DNA from: Macrostomum lignano
Taxonomy: Eukaryota
Length of the DNA: 64,000 nt
Direction: 5' to 3'
NCBI GenBank assembly: GCA_002269645.1
Contig: NIVC01000827.1
Coordinates: 401,929 to 465,928, forward strand
Below are positions 14,987 to 28,560 of this stretch, one piece after another. Under the pieces are notes generated by a model. It ran no database searches. It was not told the origin of the DNA and was given only the letters and a program-made list of their open reading frames with translations. The number at the start of each line of letters is the position of its first letter. Position 1 is the stretch's first letter. The position numbers and the translations under genes were made by a program.

Positions 14987-16228
14987 TGAGGGGAGATGAG
15001 GGGAGATGAGGGGAGATGAGGGGAGATGAGGGGAGATGAGGGGAGATGAGGGGAGATGAGTGGAGATGAGGGGAGATGAGGGGAGATGAGGGGAGATGAG
15101 GGGAGATGAGGGGAGATGAGGGGAGATGAGGGGAGATGAGGGGAGATGAGGGGAGATGTGGGGAGATGATGGGAGATGAGGGGAGAGAGGGGAGATAAGG
15201 GGAGATGAGGGGAGATGAGGGGAGATGAGGGGAGATGATGGGAGATGAGGGGAGATGAGGGGAGATGAGGGGAGATGAGGGAGAGAGGGGAGATAAGGGG
15301 AGATGAGGGGAGATGAGGGAGAGAAGGGAGATGAGGAGAGATGAGGGAGATGAGGGGAGATGAGGGGAGATGAGGGGAGATGAGGGGAGATGAGTGGAGA
15401 TGAGGGGAGATGAGGGAGAGAAGGGAGATGAGGAGAGATGAGGGAGATGAGGGGAGATGAGAGGAGATGAGGGGAGATGAGGGGAGATGAGAGGAGATGA
15501 GGGGAGATGAGGGGAGATGAGGGGAGATGAGAGGAGATGAGGGGAGATGAGGGGAGATGAGGGGAGATGAGAGGAGATGAGGGGAGATGAGGGGAGATGA
15601 GGGGAGATAAGGGGAGATGAGGGGAGATGAGGGAGAGAAGGGAGATGAGGAGAGATGAGGGAGATGAGGGGAGATGAGGGGAGATGAGGGGAGATGAGGG
15701 GAGATGAGGGGAGATGAGGGGAGATGAGGGGAGATGAGAGGAGATGAGGGGAGATGAGGGGAGATGAGAGGAGATGAGGGGAGATGAGGGGAGATGAGGG
15801 GAGATGAGAGGAGATGAGGGGAGATGAGGGGAGATGAGGGGAGATGAGAGGAGATGAGGGGAGATGAGGGGAGATGAGGGGAGATGAGAGGAGATGAGAG
15901 GAGATGAGGGGAGATGAGGGGAGATGAGGGGAGATGAGGGGAGATGAGGGGAGATGAGGGGAGATGAGAGGAGATGAGGGGAGATGAGGGGAGATGAGGG
16001 GAGATGAGGGGAGATGAGAGGAGATGAGGGGAGATGAGGGGAGATGAGGGGAGATGAGAGGAGATGAGAGGAGATGAGGGGAGATGAGGGGAGATGAGGG
16101 GAGATGAGGGGAGATGAGGGGAGATGAGAGGAGATGAGGGGAAAGAGGGGAGATGAGGGGAGAGGAGGGGAGATGAGAGAGAGAGGAGAGATGAGGGGAA
16201 AGATGGGAGATGAGGGGAGATGAGGGGA
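14987..16228. repeat. 10-nt purine satellite (GAGGGGAGAT)n, preceded by short (ATTT)n
   Basis: Direct reading. Confidence 0.97.
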
Positions 16229-16282
16229 ATGGGATCAGCAGACATTGCAGAGCCGCATCCCCAACCCACGCCAATCCCGCAG

Positions 16283-16720
16283 TATAACCAGGCCAGCACG
16301 ACAATCCAGAGCATTCAAGAGGAGAATTTCGGTCAGCTGAACTTCTCGCTGGAGTTCCGGGAGGAGACTGGAATCCTGAGCATTCGCATTATCCAAGCCA
16401 TCGACCTGCAGCCGAAGGACAGCAGCACAGGGCTGGCCAACCCCTACTGCCGCGTGGCGGTGCTGCCGAACCGCAAGACCCAAACTACCACAAAAATTCA
16501 TAAACGAACGCTGAGCCCAGAATTCGAAGAGGAATTCATCTTCGAGCTGAAGCCGCAGGATATAAACTGGAGCGTGTTGGAGATTACCGTGTTCGACTAT
16601 GATCCCTGCTCGATGGACGAGTGCCTGGGTCAGGTGAAGCTGCCACTTGTTGAGGTGGACTTCAGCGAGAAGCAAGTCTTGTGGAAGGCCATCTGCTCGA
16701 TGGAGAAGATCACCGACCCG
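16283..16720 (+). CDS. Synaptotagmin-like gene, C2A domain exon
   Basis: GQLNFSLEF...DLQPKDSSTGLANPYCRV...TKIHKRTLSPEFEEEFIF...VFDYDPCSMDECLGQV is a clear C2 domain. Donor GTGAGT at 16721. In-frame acceptor at 16281-16282 (alternative start 16292). Confidence 0.9.
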
Positions 16721-16786
16721 GTGAGTACTGTCTTCTCCAATTTGAAACTTGCTTTGCTTTATGCACTTCCGCTGACTTCTGAGAGT

Positions 16787-17650
16787 GCATAAACTCATAG
16801 ATAAACTCGTGCATAAACTCGTAGATAAACTCGTGCATAAACTCGTAGATAAACTCGTGCATAGACTTCTGATAAACTCGTAGATAAACTCGTAGATAAA
16901 CTCGTGCATAAACTCGTAGATAAACTCGTAGATAAACTCGTAGATAAACTCGTGCATAAACTCGTAGATAAACTCGTAGATAAACTCGTGCATAGACTTC
17001 TGATAAACTCGTAGATAAACTCGTAGATAAACCGTAGATAAACCATACATAAACTCGTAGATAAACTCGTAGATAAACTCGTAGATAAACTCGTAGATAA
17101 GCTCGTAGATAAACTCGTGCATAGACTTCTGATAAACTCGTAGATAAACTCGTAGATAAACCGTAGATAAACCATACATAAACTCGTAGATAAACTCGTA
17201 GATAAACTCGTAGATAAACTCGTGCATAAACTCGTAGATAAACTCTTGCATAAACTCGTAGATAAACTCGTAGATAAACTCGTAGATAAACTCGTAGATA
17301 AACTCGTAGATAAACTCGTAGATAAACTCGTGCATAGACTTCTGATAAACTCGTAGATAAACTCGTAGATAAACCGTAGATAAACCATACATAAACTCGT
17401 AGATAAACTCTTGCATAAACTCGTAGATAAACTCGTAGATAAACTCTTGCATAAACTCGTAGATAAACTCGTAGATAAACTCGTAGATAAACTCGTAGAT
17501 AAACTCGTAGATAAACTCGTAGATAAACTCTTGCATAAACTCGTAGATAAACTCGTAGATAAACTCGTAGATAAACTCGTAGATCAACTCGTAGATAAAC
17601 TCGTAGATAAACTCGTAGATTAACTCGTAGATTAACTCGTGCATAAACTC
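16787..17650. repeat. 12-nt minisatellite (GATAAACTCGTA)n with internal higher-order blocks
   Basis: Direct reading; the variant block GCATAGACTTCT recurs 4 times. Confidence 0.96.
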
Positions 17651-17880
17651 GAAGGAATCGAACTCAGGGATCTGCCACCCCTGAATTTGAAACCCTTGCT
17701 AAAGTAGAATTTCCAATTGATGTCTCATATGTCACATATGATCACATATGTCACATTTTGTCACAGCCCATGAACCCAGCTGGATAAGGCTTCGTACCCA
17801 GTAATAATTACATTAATTACACACAACGAAAACTCGGATTCATGAGGCCCTTAGACTCTAATCTCTAGTGGCTTTATCGG

Positions 17881-17883
<3 letters not shown>

Positions 17884-17911
<28 letters not shown>
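17884..17911. repeat. (CA)n microsatellite
   Basis: Direct reading. Confidence 0.9.
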
Positions 17912-17913
<2 letters not shown>

Positions 17914-18189
17914 CTCAAGTCAGCCATAAAGACGAATGAAAAATAATGCAGGCTATATTTTATTGAGTTCCGATACCGCGTCAACGCTCCCTTTAGCTAA
18001 ACATCAACTCCGCCCCGCCTCAGGCAGAGTTAGCGTTGCTAATTCTTAGAAATGGGGGAACGCCTCGCGATAAACTCATTAGCAGGGGACTCTTTTGTGT
18101 ACAACGTTTGCACAGTTCGAGTGACCATTGACTAGTGGCCCATGGCCACTTTGATAAACTATTTTGCATTTGTGCATTTACTGTTGAAT

Positions 18190-18785
18190 ATCCCCTATTA
18201 CATAGAATATCCCCTATTACTGTAGAATGTCCCCTATTACTGTAGAATGTCCCCTATTACTGTAGAAAATCCCCTATTATTTGGAATATCCCCTATTACT
18301 GTAGAATGTCCCCTATTACTGTAGAATGCCCTCTATTACTGTAGAAAATCCCCTATTACTGTAGAATATCCCCAATTACTGTAGAATATCCCCTAATATT
18401 GTAGAGTATCCCCTATTACTGTAGAATGTTCCCTACTGTAGAATATCCCCTATTACTGTAGAGTATCCCCTAATACTGTAGAGTATCCCCTAATACTGTA
18501 GAGTATCCCCTAATACTGTAGAGTATCCCCTATTACTGTAGAATGTCCCCTATTACTGTAGAATGTCCCCTATTACTGTAGAATGTCCCCTATTACTGTA
18601 GAATGTCCCCTATTATTGTAGAATATCCCCTATTACTGTAGAATATCCCCTATTACTGTAGAATGTCCCCTATTACTGTAGAATGCCCCCTATTACTGTA
18701 GAATGCCCCTATTACTGTAGAATGCCCCTATTACTGTAGAATGTCCCCTATTACTGTAGAATGCCCCTAGCAATTACTGTAGAAG
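18190..18785. repeat. 20-nt minisatellite (TGTAGAATGTCCCCTATTAC)n
   Basis: Direct reading. Confidence 0.95.
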
Positions 18786-19514
18786 ATCCTGCCTATTTTC
18801 CGTATTCATATATTTGCTGTAGGAATTCACATCGGCCCTGACTTTCTAATCGTCAAATCGTCAATTGGAACCAGGGATTGCATGGCACAAGAGTCAGGCT
18901 GCCCCTGATGTAGAATTAGCCGCAATTGAGGTTGTATTTCTTCATCTTACTGTAAAATGTCCCTATACTGTTTCGAATAATTCCCTTTCAAGACCCCCAG
19001 AACCGACTCCCCTCTAGCAGCGAATTTTTTCTAATTAAGCCGGAAAGTTCCGGCAATGAATTTCCGCCAAAATTTTGCCAGTCGTTTTTTACGACGGCTT
19101 GGATTTACAATCTGAGGTTTGCGCTGCCTCCTTCTCTCTCCCTCTATCTCTCTAGGTCTTGAGTAACGACTGCACAGCCAAAATCAATCAGATTTTACTG
19201 CCTCACCTGAACTATTAATCAGAAGCTTTGCCGCCTTAGACGGGGCAAACAGTTTTCAATGCAATCTTTCCAGGAAATTGCCGCCACGCTTGGGGCCAAG
19301 TCAAAAACGGAGATTGGAAAGTTGGCTGGCTTGTGTAAAATCTTGGTCGCCAGATTCGACACAATGGGAGGCGAGGTTCAGGCTGAGGGTGGGGGCAGCT
19401 GCTCCCGTGGGGGAAGGTGGCTTCTGGGCTCAGGTTCTGTCAGAATTCAGTCGGGAAAATTAAATACTCGTATATATTTTGAATTTTAACGGCAGAAAAA
19501 ACTCGCATTGCATA

Positions 19515-20010
19515 CTTCTCTCCTCCTCCCTCTCCTTTATCCACTCTCTGACTGACTCTCTCCATCTCCCTCTCCTTTATCCACTCTCTGACTGACTCTC
19601 CCTTTCTTCATTCCTCTCTCTCCATCCTCCTCTATCCGTCTCCCTCTCTCCATCTCCCTCTCTCCATCTCCCTCTCTCCATCTCCATCTCACCATCTCCC
19701 TCTCTCCATCTTCCTCTCTCCATCTTCCTCTCTCCATCTCCGTCTCTCAATCTCCATCTCACCATCTCCCTCTCTCCATCTTCCTCTCTCCATCTCCATC
19801 TCACCATCTCCCTCTATCCGCCTCCCTCTCTCCATCTCCATCTCTCCATCTCCCTCTCTCCATCTCCCTCTATCCGTCTCCCTCTCTCCATCTCCCTCTC
19901 TCCATCTCCCTCTTCACCTCCCTTTCTTCATTCCTCTCTCTCTCCATCTCCCTCTCTGCCTCCCTCTCTCCATCTCCCTCTCTCTCGTCTCCATCTCCCT
20001 CCCTGCTCCT
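19515..20010. repeat. Degenerate pyrimidine array (CTCTCTCCATCTCC)n
   Basis: Direct reading. Confidence 0.85.
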
Positions 20011-20554
20011 TCATCTCTCAATCTCAAGCAAGCCTCTTGCATTTCGCTTAGCTTCTAAAAAACTGGCACAATCGTCGTCATGGCAACGAACTCTCAATTC
20101 AATCGACGCAAGGCACTTCACACGGGGCTAAGAAAATCTGCATCCTCTAAAAGCTTTACTTTGCTTTTGATCTAAGTTTGCGATCTACAACTTATTTGTC
20201 TGCTCTTCCTACGGAGCGGCTCTCTTGAAATTCTAGAAACCCGATCGGGCTAACTGTGACAATATAGCTACTGTATATACTTTCCAAACTGGTTTTGCAT
20301 GGCTGCGTATATTTCATGCTTGCACTCTTAGCAATGGCTCTGTCTCTAGTAATGTGCTTGTATCCCAATTCACTATGTAATTATGCACTACCAGCTTAAT
20401 CATGGCTTGTAGTACGAAGCATTTTGTGCAACATTGTAATCAATTTTACCTATTCTACTTGCCCTCTCCTTGTCCTTTTATTGTCCTTTTTTGTCCTCTT
20501 CTTGTCCCTCTACTTGTCCTCTCCTTATCCTCTCTTTGTCCTTTTGTTGTCTCC

Positions 20555-21425
20555 TCTCCTTGTCCTTTTCTTGTCCTCTCGCTGTCCACTCCTTGTCCTT
20601 TTCTTGTCCTCTCGCTGTCCACTCCTTGTCCTTTTCTTGTCCTCTCGCTGTCCACTCCTTGTCTTTTTCTTGTCCTCTCGCTGTCCACTCCTTGTCCTTT
20701 TCTTGTCCTCTCGCTGTCCACTCCTTGTCTTTTTCTTGTCCTCTCGCTGTCCACTCCTTGTCCTTTTCTCGTCCTCTCGCTGTCCACTCCTTGTCCTTTT
20801 CTTGTCCTCTCGCTGTCCACTCCTTGTCTTTTTCTTGTCCTCTCGCTGTCCACTCCTTGTCCTTTTCTTGTCCTCTCGCTGTCCACTCCTTGTCCTTTTC
20901 TTGTCCTCTCGCTGTCCACTCCTTGTCCTTTTCTTGTCCTCTCGCTGTCCACTCCTTGTCCTTTTCTTGTCCTCTCGCTGTCCACTCCTTGTCCTTTTCT
21001 TGTCCTCTCGCTGTCCACTCCTTGTCCTTTTCTTGTCCTCTCGCTGTCCACTCCTTGTCCTTTTCTTGTCCTCTCGCTGTCCACTCCTTGTCCTTTTCTT
21101 GTCCTCTCGCTGTCCACTCCTTGTCCTTTTCTTGTCCTCTCGCTGTCCACTCCTTGTCCTTTTCTTGTCCTCTCGCTGTCCACTCCTTGTCCTTTTCTTG
21201 TCCTCTCGCTGTCCACTCCTTGTCCTTTTCTTGTCCTCTCGCTGTCCACTCCTTGTCCTTTTCTTGTCCTCTCGCTGTCCACTCCTTGTCTTTTTCTTGT
21301 CCTCTCGCTGTCCACTCCTTGTCCTTTTCTTGTCCTCTCGCTGTCCACTCCTTGTCCTTTTCTTGTCCTCTCGCTGTCCACTCCTTGTCCTTTTCTTGTC
21401 CTCTCGCTGTCCACTCCTTGTCCCT
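20555..21425. repeat. 33-nt minisatellite (CCTTGTCCTTTTCTTGTCCTCTCGCTGTCCACT)n
   Basis: Direct reading; highly homogeneous. Confidence 0.97.
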
Positions 21426-21619
21426 CCCCTTGTTATCTTCTTGTCCTCAATTTTTGTCCTCTCCTTGGCCCTCTCCCAGTCCCTCTCTCTTTTCCTTCCT
21501 CTCTCTCCCTCTATCCGTCTCTTCCCCTTTCCTTCTTACATCAACTTGCACCAGATATTGGGAAAATCAGCTGAATAAGAATTTCAAGCATGTTCCCATA
21601 TCCCACCACCGCAACCCAG

Positions 21620-21740
21620 GAGCACAGCGTCGGTGACCTGCAGTTCTCGATGTCCTATCTGCCGTCTGCCAAGCGTTTGAGCGTCTCCATCATGAAGGCC
21701 AGAAACTTGCGCGAGGCTCACAAGGACAGGCCGCTGGGAG
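21620..21740 (+). CDS. Synaptotagmin-like gene, C2B N-terminal exon
   Basis: cccAG|GAG acceptor. EHSVGDLQFSMSYLPSAKRLSVSIMKARNL is a typical C2B start. Donor GTGAGC at 21741, phase 1. Confidence 0.88.
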
Positions 21741-21888
21741 GTGAGCGTCCCGTGGTTACCGTGGCAACAGGAATTTGAGGACTATTGGAAAGTTCCATTG
21801 ATTCTATAGATATTGGGGAGATGCTAGATATTTGGGAAAATTCCAAGAAAATAAAACCTACGCATTTTTCCCAACCCCATCATCCCAG

Positions 21889-22211
21889 ATTCCTCCGTCA
21901 GGGCCATCCTGACAACGCAGAGCGGTAAAAAGCAGAAGAGAAAAAAGACATCGAGTTGCAAGACACCGTCGAATCCGACCTGGGAGGAGGCTCTCGTTTT
22001 CAACGGCGTTGTCGAAGAGGATTTAAAACGCGGCTCCTTGGAGTTGATTGTCTGTCACGATGGAGTTCTGAGCAGCACGGAGATCAGCCGAGTCTATCTG
22101 GGCCCCGACACTGGAGGCGACGAATATCAGCACTGGTGGAACATGGTGAAATCGAAGAGCGCCTCGGCTCGATGGCACAAGCTACATCCGATGAATCACT
22201 GTCATAAATAA
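21889..22211 (+). CDS. Synaptotagmin-like gene, terminal exon (C2B C-terminal half); not in the ORF track in this frame
   Basis: Acceptor catcccAG at 21887-21888, phase 1. Translates DSSVRAILTTQSGKKQKRKKTSSCKTPSNPTWEEALVF...GPDTGGDEYQHWWNMVKSKSASARWHKLHPMNHCHK*, stop TAA 22209-22211. AATAAA and an AT-rich 3' region follow. Confidence 0.88.
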
Positions 22212-23691
22212 ACTATTTATAACAAATTTATGAAATAATTTTACCGAGTTGAAAAAGTCCAACGAACTTTTACTTAAAAATAAGCGTATAAACTTCAAAT
22301 CTTAAAATGACAACCAATTTAAATTACTATGAATTAAATTATTAAATTACTATTATTTAAAGTATGTTTTACTTTAAAACATACGCATTTCAACTTCAAA
22401 TCCGAAAAAAACTTAAAATGACACCAAATTAAATTACTACGAGTATGTCACTGTCATGAATTATCTTATAACAAAATATTTAGAAAGACGAAGAAATTTA
22501 ATAAAACTATATTATTCTAAAAAGTGTAATTTTCTGCAGAAAGAAAATGTTCATGCTATCGTCTCGAAATGCTACGTAAGAGAATTCAAGGCCTAATTTG
22601 GTTTAACAAACAGTGGCGACAATTAAAAATATTATTTTTAATAAATTAATTAACAAAGTATGAGAAAAGTATGCGTGTCGATGCAAAATTATTTTTATTT
22701 TGTCAGTGTAGTTTTCTTGCTTATATTTAAAAAAGTGCACGTGTTTGTTCGAAAAGCTACTTCAGAGAAGATCAGTGGAGCTCAGTATGATTAAACAAAA
22801 TAATGGTAGCAATTTAAACAACTAATTGTGCGTAAGACGGTAAAAATATTTAAAAAACCAGTTAAACAATGCGTAAAAATTTTTGTTTTATTCAATTAGT
22901 TTGAAGATTTTTATTGAACAAATATCTCGAAAACCAAGTTGGCATGAATTTAAATAAATATAATATTCACTCAGTCAAAAATTTGTCAATTTTCACAAGA
23001 AAATTATTAACCGCGAATTCCGTTAGAAACCTGTTTATCGCAGCAAAATGTATTGGCGAGATGTATTAAGTTTTCAGTTTTTTAACCCAAAAATCCCTTT
23101 TTTTATTCAATTCCCTCCCTGTTTTGTCTAAGGTGCACTCACAGAAACTAAGTTATCAAGCCATTATTTTCATGAAATGCTGGCCAAAACTGGCAAGCAA
23201 AGTCCTGGCGAAAGTTCAGCTTTTTCTTTGTCTCTTTACTTCGTAGTGTATTTTTTCCATACCAAAAATACTTTTCTGGAACGAATTTGTCTATGGTAAA
23301 ACCCCCTTCAGCGCTATGCTTAAACACAGCAAATCTTTGCGAAATCTGTTTAAATCACACACAACCGTATTCTAAGCATAGCCGCTCTACGATTTTGTCT
23401 CGCTTTCAACAATGTATTTATCCAGCAACAATTAAATATTATGAAGCACTTCAAATGCAGTGTACATTGTAGTCAATCCCCATTGTTTAACAGTATAAGT
23501 TTCAAAGTATTTGAAATGTTATTTTGTAACCGAAATAATTCTTTTTCAGAGCAGTTTGTTGCGCCAGGTGACATGCTTGAGATGACAATAAAGTATAAAA
23601 ATAAATTTTAAAAAGGCGCTTAGAAGAAAATTTTCTTGATTTGTACTGACTTTGCCTTTTTAATTTGGGTGGAAACATATGAAATACTTGA

Positions 23692-25285
23692 TGATCAGAG
23701 AGGCAGATTCAAGGATCAGAGAGGCAGATTCAAGGATCAGAGAGGCAGATTCAAGGATCAGAAATGCAGATTCAGAGATCAGAGTGGCAGATTCAAGGAT
23801 CAGAGAGGCAGATTCAAGGATCAGAGAGGCAGATTCAAGGATCAGAGAGGCAGATTCAAGGATCAGAGAGGCAGATTCAAGGATCAGAGAGGCAGATTCA
23901 AGGATCAGAGAGGCAGATTCAAGGATCAGAGAGGCAGATTCAAGGATCAGAGAGGCAGATTCAAGGATCAGAAAGGCAGATTCAAGGATCAGAAAGGCAG
24001 ATTCAAGGATCAGAGAGGCAGATTCAATGATCAGAGAGGCAGATTCAAGGATCAGAAATGCAGATTCAGAGATCAGAGAGGCAGATTCAGAGATCAGAGA
24101 GGCAGATTCAAGGATCAGAGAGGCAGATTCAAGGATCAGAGAGGCAGATTCAAGGATCAGAAATGCAGATTCAGAGATCAGAGTGGCAGATTCAAGGATC
24201 AGAGAGGCAGATTCAAGGATCAGAGAGGCAGATTCAAGGATCAGAGAGGCAGATTCAAGGATCAGAGAGGCAGATTCAAGGATCAGAGAGGCAGATTCAA
24301 GGATCAGAAAGGCAGATTCAAGGATCAGAGAGGCAGATTCAAGGATCAGAGAGGCAGATTCAAGGATCAGAGAGGCAGATTCAAGGATCAGAGAGGCAGA
24401 TTCAAGGATCAGAGAGGCAGATTCAAGGATCAGAGAGGCAGATTCAAGGATCAGAAAGGCAGATTCAAGGATCAGAAAGGCAGATTCAAGGATCAGAGAG
24501 GCAGATTCAATGATCAGAGAGGCAGATTCAAGGATCAGAAATGCAGATTCAGAGATCAGAGAGGCAGATTCAAAGATCAGAGAGGCAGATTCAAGGATCA
24601 GAGAGGCAGATTCAAGGATCAGAGAGGCAGATTCAAGGATCAGAGAGGCAGATTCAAGGATCAGAGAGGCAGATTCAAAGATCAGAGAGGCAGATTCAAA
24701 GATCAGAGAGGCAGATTCAAGGATCAGAGAGGCAGATTCAAGGATCAGAGAGGCAGATTCAAGGATCAGAGAGGCAGATTCAAGGATCAGAGAGGCAGAT
24801 TCAAGGATCAGAGAGGCAGATTCAAGGATCAGAGAGGCAGATTCAAGGATCAGAGAGGCAGATTCAAGGATCAGAGAGGCAGATTCAAGGATCAGAGAGG
24901 CAGATTCAAAGATCAGAGAGGCAGATTCAAGGATCAGAGAGGCAGATTCAAGGATCAGAGAGGCAGATTCAGAGATCAGAGAGGCAGATTCAAAGATCAG
25001 AGAGGCAGATTCAGAGATCAGAGAGGCAGATTCAAAGATCAGAGAGGCAGATTCAAGGATCAGAGAGGCAGATTCAAGGATCAGAGAGGCAGATTCAAGG
25101 ATCAGAGAGGCAGATTCAAGGATCAGAGAGGCAGATTCAAGGATCAGAGAGGCAGATTCAAAGATCAGAGAGGCAGATTCAAGGATCAGAGAGGCAGATT
25201 CAAGGATCAGAGAGGCAGATTCAAGGATCAGAGAGGCAGATTCAAGGATCAGAAAAGCAGATTCAATGATCAGAAAAGCAGATTC
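23692..25285. repeat. 21-nt minisatellite (GATCAGAGAGGCAGATTCAAG)n, GAGGCAGATTCAAG family
   Basis: Direct reading. Confidence 0.97.
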
Positions 25286-25856
25286 TATAGAAGACAGCTG
25301 AAAAAGCATTGTAGCTCGTAAAAAGCATTATTGCTTGTTGGCAATATTGCATCTGGTTCTTGCCTGCATCCAATCAACTGCACAATTGCTCATACATTTA
25401 GAATTCGGATAGCAAGGGTGTGGCCTGTTCAGTCTAATATTACCAATCCATTACTGTAGTGTCAAGGCAGTGCCTCTCTCTCATTCATCATTAATCCCCA
25501 CCCGATTCAATTTTAATCCATCTGAAATGACGATTGAATTTCCTGCAATGGGATAAAATGCAATGCAAAATGCTTTCTTTGATTGAGCAAATTTTCTATT
25601 GTTGCAAAACAAGAGGTTGACTATAAAATAAAACTGACAGAGCTATCTAGCTATAGTCTTGTGCAGAGTCAAAGGCAGTTTTAGGCAGTTAATGCTGTTT
25701 TTGTTTCAGTGCGTTGAATTTCTGCTATTCAATATCAATCTCGGAGTCTAAAACTGGAGCAACAATAAGCAACTTAGATGGCTTTTGCAGATATAAATAA
25801 AACAAATGTTGCAGTTATTGTTGGATTGCAGAAATTCAGCGGCTAAATCACCATTG

Positions 25857-26560
25857 ATCAGAGAGGCAGATTCAAGGATACTGTGGCAGATTCAAGGATA
25901 CTGAGGCAGATTCAAGGACACTGAGGCAGATTCAAGGGCACTGAGGCAGATTCAAGGACACTGAGGCAGATTCAAGGACACTGAGGCAGATTCAAGGACA
26001 CTGAGGCAGATTCAAGGACACTGAGGCAGATTCAAGGACACTGAGGCAGATTCAAGGACACTGAGGCAGATTCAAGGACACTGAGGCAGGTTCAAGGACA
26101 CTGAGGCAGATTCAAGGACACTGAGGCAGATTCAAGGACACTGAGGCAGATTCAAGGACACTGAGGCAGATTCAAGGACACTGAGGCAGATTCAAGGACA
26201 CTGAGGCAGATTCAAGGACACTGAGGCAGATTCAAGGATACTGTGGCAGATTCAAGGACACTGAGGCAGATTCAAGGACACTGAGGCAGATTCAAGGATC
26301 AGAGAGGCGAATTCAATGATCAGAGAGGCAGATTCAAGACTCTGAGGTAGATTCAAGGATCAGAGAGGCAGATTCAAGGATCAGAGAGGCAGATTCAAGG
26401 ATCAGAGAGGCAGATTCAAGGATCAGAGAGGCAGATTCAAGGATCAGAGAGGCAGATTCAAGGATCAGAGAGGCAGATTCAAGGATACTGTGGCAGATTC
26501 AAGGACACTGAGGCAGATTCAAGGATACTGAGGCAGGTTCAAGGATACTGAGGCAGATTC
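25857..26560. repeat. 20/21-nt minisatellite (GAGGCAGATTCAAGGACACT)n with 21-nt units, same family
   Basis: Direct reading. Confidence 0.96.
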
Positions 26561-27049
26561 GATGATTAAAGAGTTAAGAGGTCGATTAATGCAAGATGTG
26601 ATTCGTGTAAATGGGCCTTAAATTTAATTGTGATGAAACATCAGTTTAGCACTACTAAATACTATAAGTAGTAAGCAAAGAACATGAAGTATATTTTAAT
26701 TCAGCAACACTGGCTGAGTTCCAAGCAATCTTGAAAAAACTTTCGATGGATGAGAATCACCGATATGTTGCTGTTTCTGAAGCATATAAGCGGAAAATTA
26801 TAATCATAATTGTTTTAATTTAAATTCTATTTACAAAAATATCTGTATATTTTGCACACTCCAAAGACTCAGTAAAACAAACGTATTCACGTGTTAACAA
26901 GTTTCTGACAATAAAAAAACAGTAGCAAATTTAATTACTCGTAACAGATAACAGGAATGACGCAAAAAACCAACAATCACTATTCAGTATTCATATACTC
27001 ATTTCTGAGGATGAGTTTATGTTATTCTTGCGCATGGGTCGTTATTTGG

Positions 27050-27282
27050 CGCTGTCCAATAAGAGACTAACTAGTACTCAAGGTCGAGGAGTGAGGGGGG
27101 TTCGCCTCCTTCCACGCTGTCCAATTAGAAACTAGTATTCAAGGTCGAGGAGTGAGGGGGTTTCGCTTCCTTCCACGCTGTCCAATTAGAGACGATATAT
27201 TCAAGGTCGAAGAGTGAGGGAGTTTCGCTTCCTTCCACGCTGTCCAATTAGAGACGATATATTCAAGGTCGAGGAGTGAGGT
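27050..27282. repeat. ~62-nt tandem repeat, about 3.7 copies (GCTGTCCAAT...TCAAGGTCGAGGAGTGAGG...CCTTCCAC)
   Basis: Direct reading. Confidence 0.85.
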
Positions 27283-27669
27283 GGGTGCACATTGAGGGCA
27301 AAAGCTTATGGCGTCGACAAAAACGAATGCTTAACACTGACAGGGTCGAAATAAAGATTTTTAAAATAATTATTTAAATTGTTGGCTATGTACGTACGTA
27401 CATGTATGGCAAGTTAACTAAAGCACTACACGCGGTTCCTATTTATATTCGTTATATACCAATTCACAAATGTTTTTGTTCACAGAGACACGGATTAGCC
27501 ACAAAGAAGATAGTATAGAGATTGTGTGTACAAATGGTTTCAGAGACCAATTAGCAAATGGGGAATGGCTTAAGCTATTGTTTGTGACAGATTTTTTATT
27601 TATGTAGTCTATGACTCGCTTAATACAGCTGTACTCTCTCAATTGAAGCAGGTACAGAATGTCTTAATT

Positions 27670-28410
27670 ATTAGTGTCTCAATTTAGTACCATGAATTGT
27701 GTCTCAATCAGTACCCTAAATTGTGTCTCAATCAGTACCTTGATTGTGTCTCAATCAATACTCTAAAGTGAGTCTCAATAAGTACCCTAGATTGTGTCTC
27801 AATCAGTACCCTAGATTGTGTCACAATCAGTACCCTAAATTGTGTCTCAATCAGTACCCTAGATTGTGTCACAATCAGTACCCTAAATTGTGTCTCAATC
27901 AGTACCCTAGATTGTGTCTCAATCAGTACCCTAGATTGTGTCTCAATCAGTACCCTAGATTGTGTCTCAATCAGTACCCTAAATTGTGTCTCAATCAGTA
28001 CCCTAGATTGTGTCTCAATCAGTACCCTAGATTGTGTCTCAATCAGTACCCTAGATTGTGTCTCAATCAGTACCCTAGATTGTGTCTCAATCAGTACCCT
28101 AGATTGTGTCACAATCAGTACCCTAAATTGTGTCTCAATCAGTACCCTAAATTGTGTCTCAATCAGTACCCTAAATTGTGTCTCAATCAGTACCCTAAAT
28201 TGTGTCTCAATCAGTACCCTAAATTGTGTCTCAATCAGTACCCTAGATTGTGTCTCAATCAGTACCCTAGATTGTATCTCAATCAGTACCCTAGATTGTG
28301 TCTCAATCAGTACCCTAAAGTGTGTCTCAATCAGTACCCTAGATTGTGTCTCAATCAGTACCCCAAATTGTGTCTCAATCAGTACCCTAAAGTGTGTTTA
28401 AATACCCTAA
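27670..28410. repeat. 24-nt minisatellite (CTAGATTGTGTCTCAATCAGTACC)n
   Basis: Direct reading; begins about 150 nt beyond the protocadherin stop. Confidence 0.96.
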
Positions 28411-28560
28411 TTTTTGTCTAAATTTTTAGACATTTTAAGATTAAGAAGTAAAGGTGAAACAAGTAAGTAGCTCGTATTAAGTTACACCACGATCAATAAG
28501 ACCCGCTGGCCACAGGCCACTGTCAGAGGTCTCTGCCGAGTTTAATCTGCAGCCGAAGGC

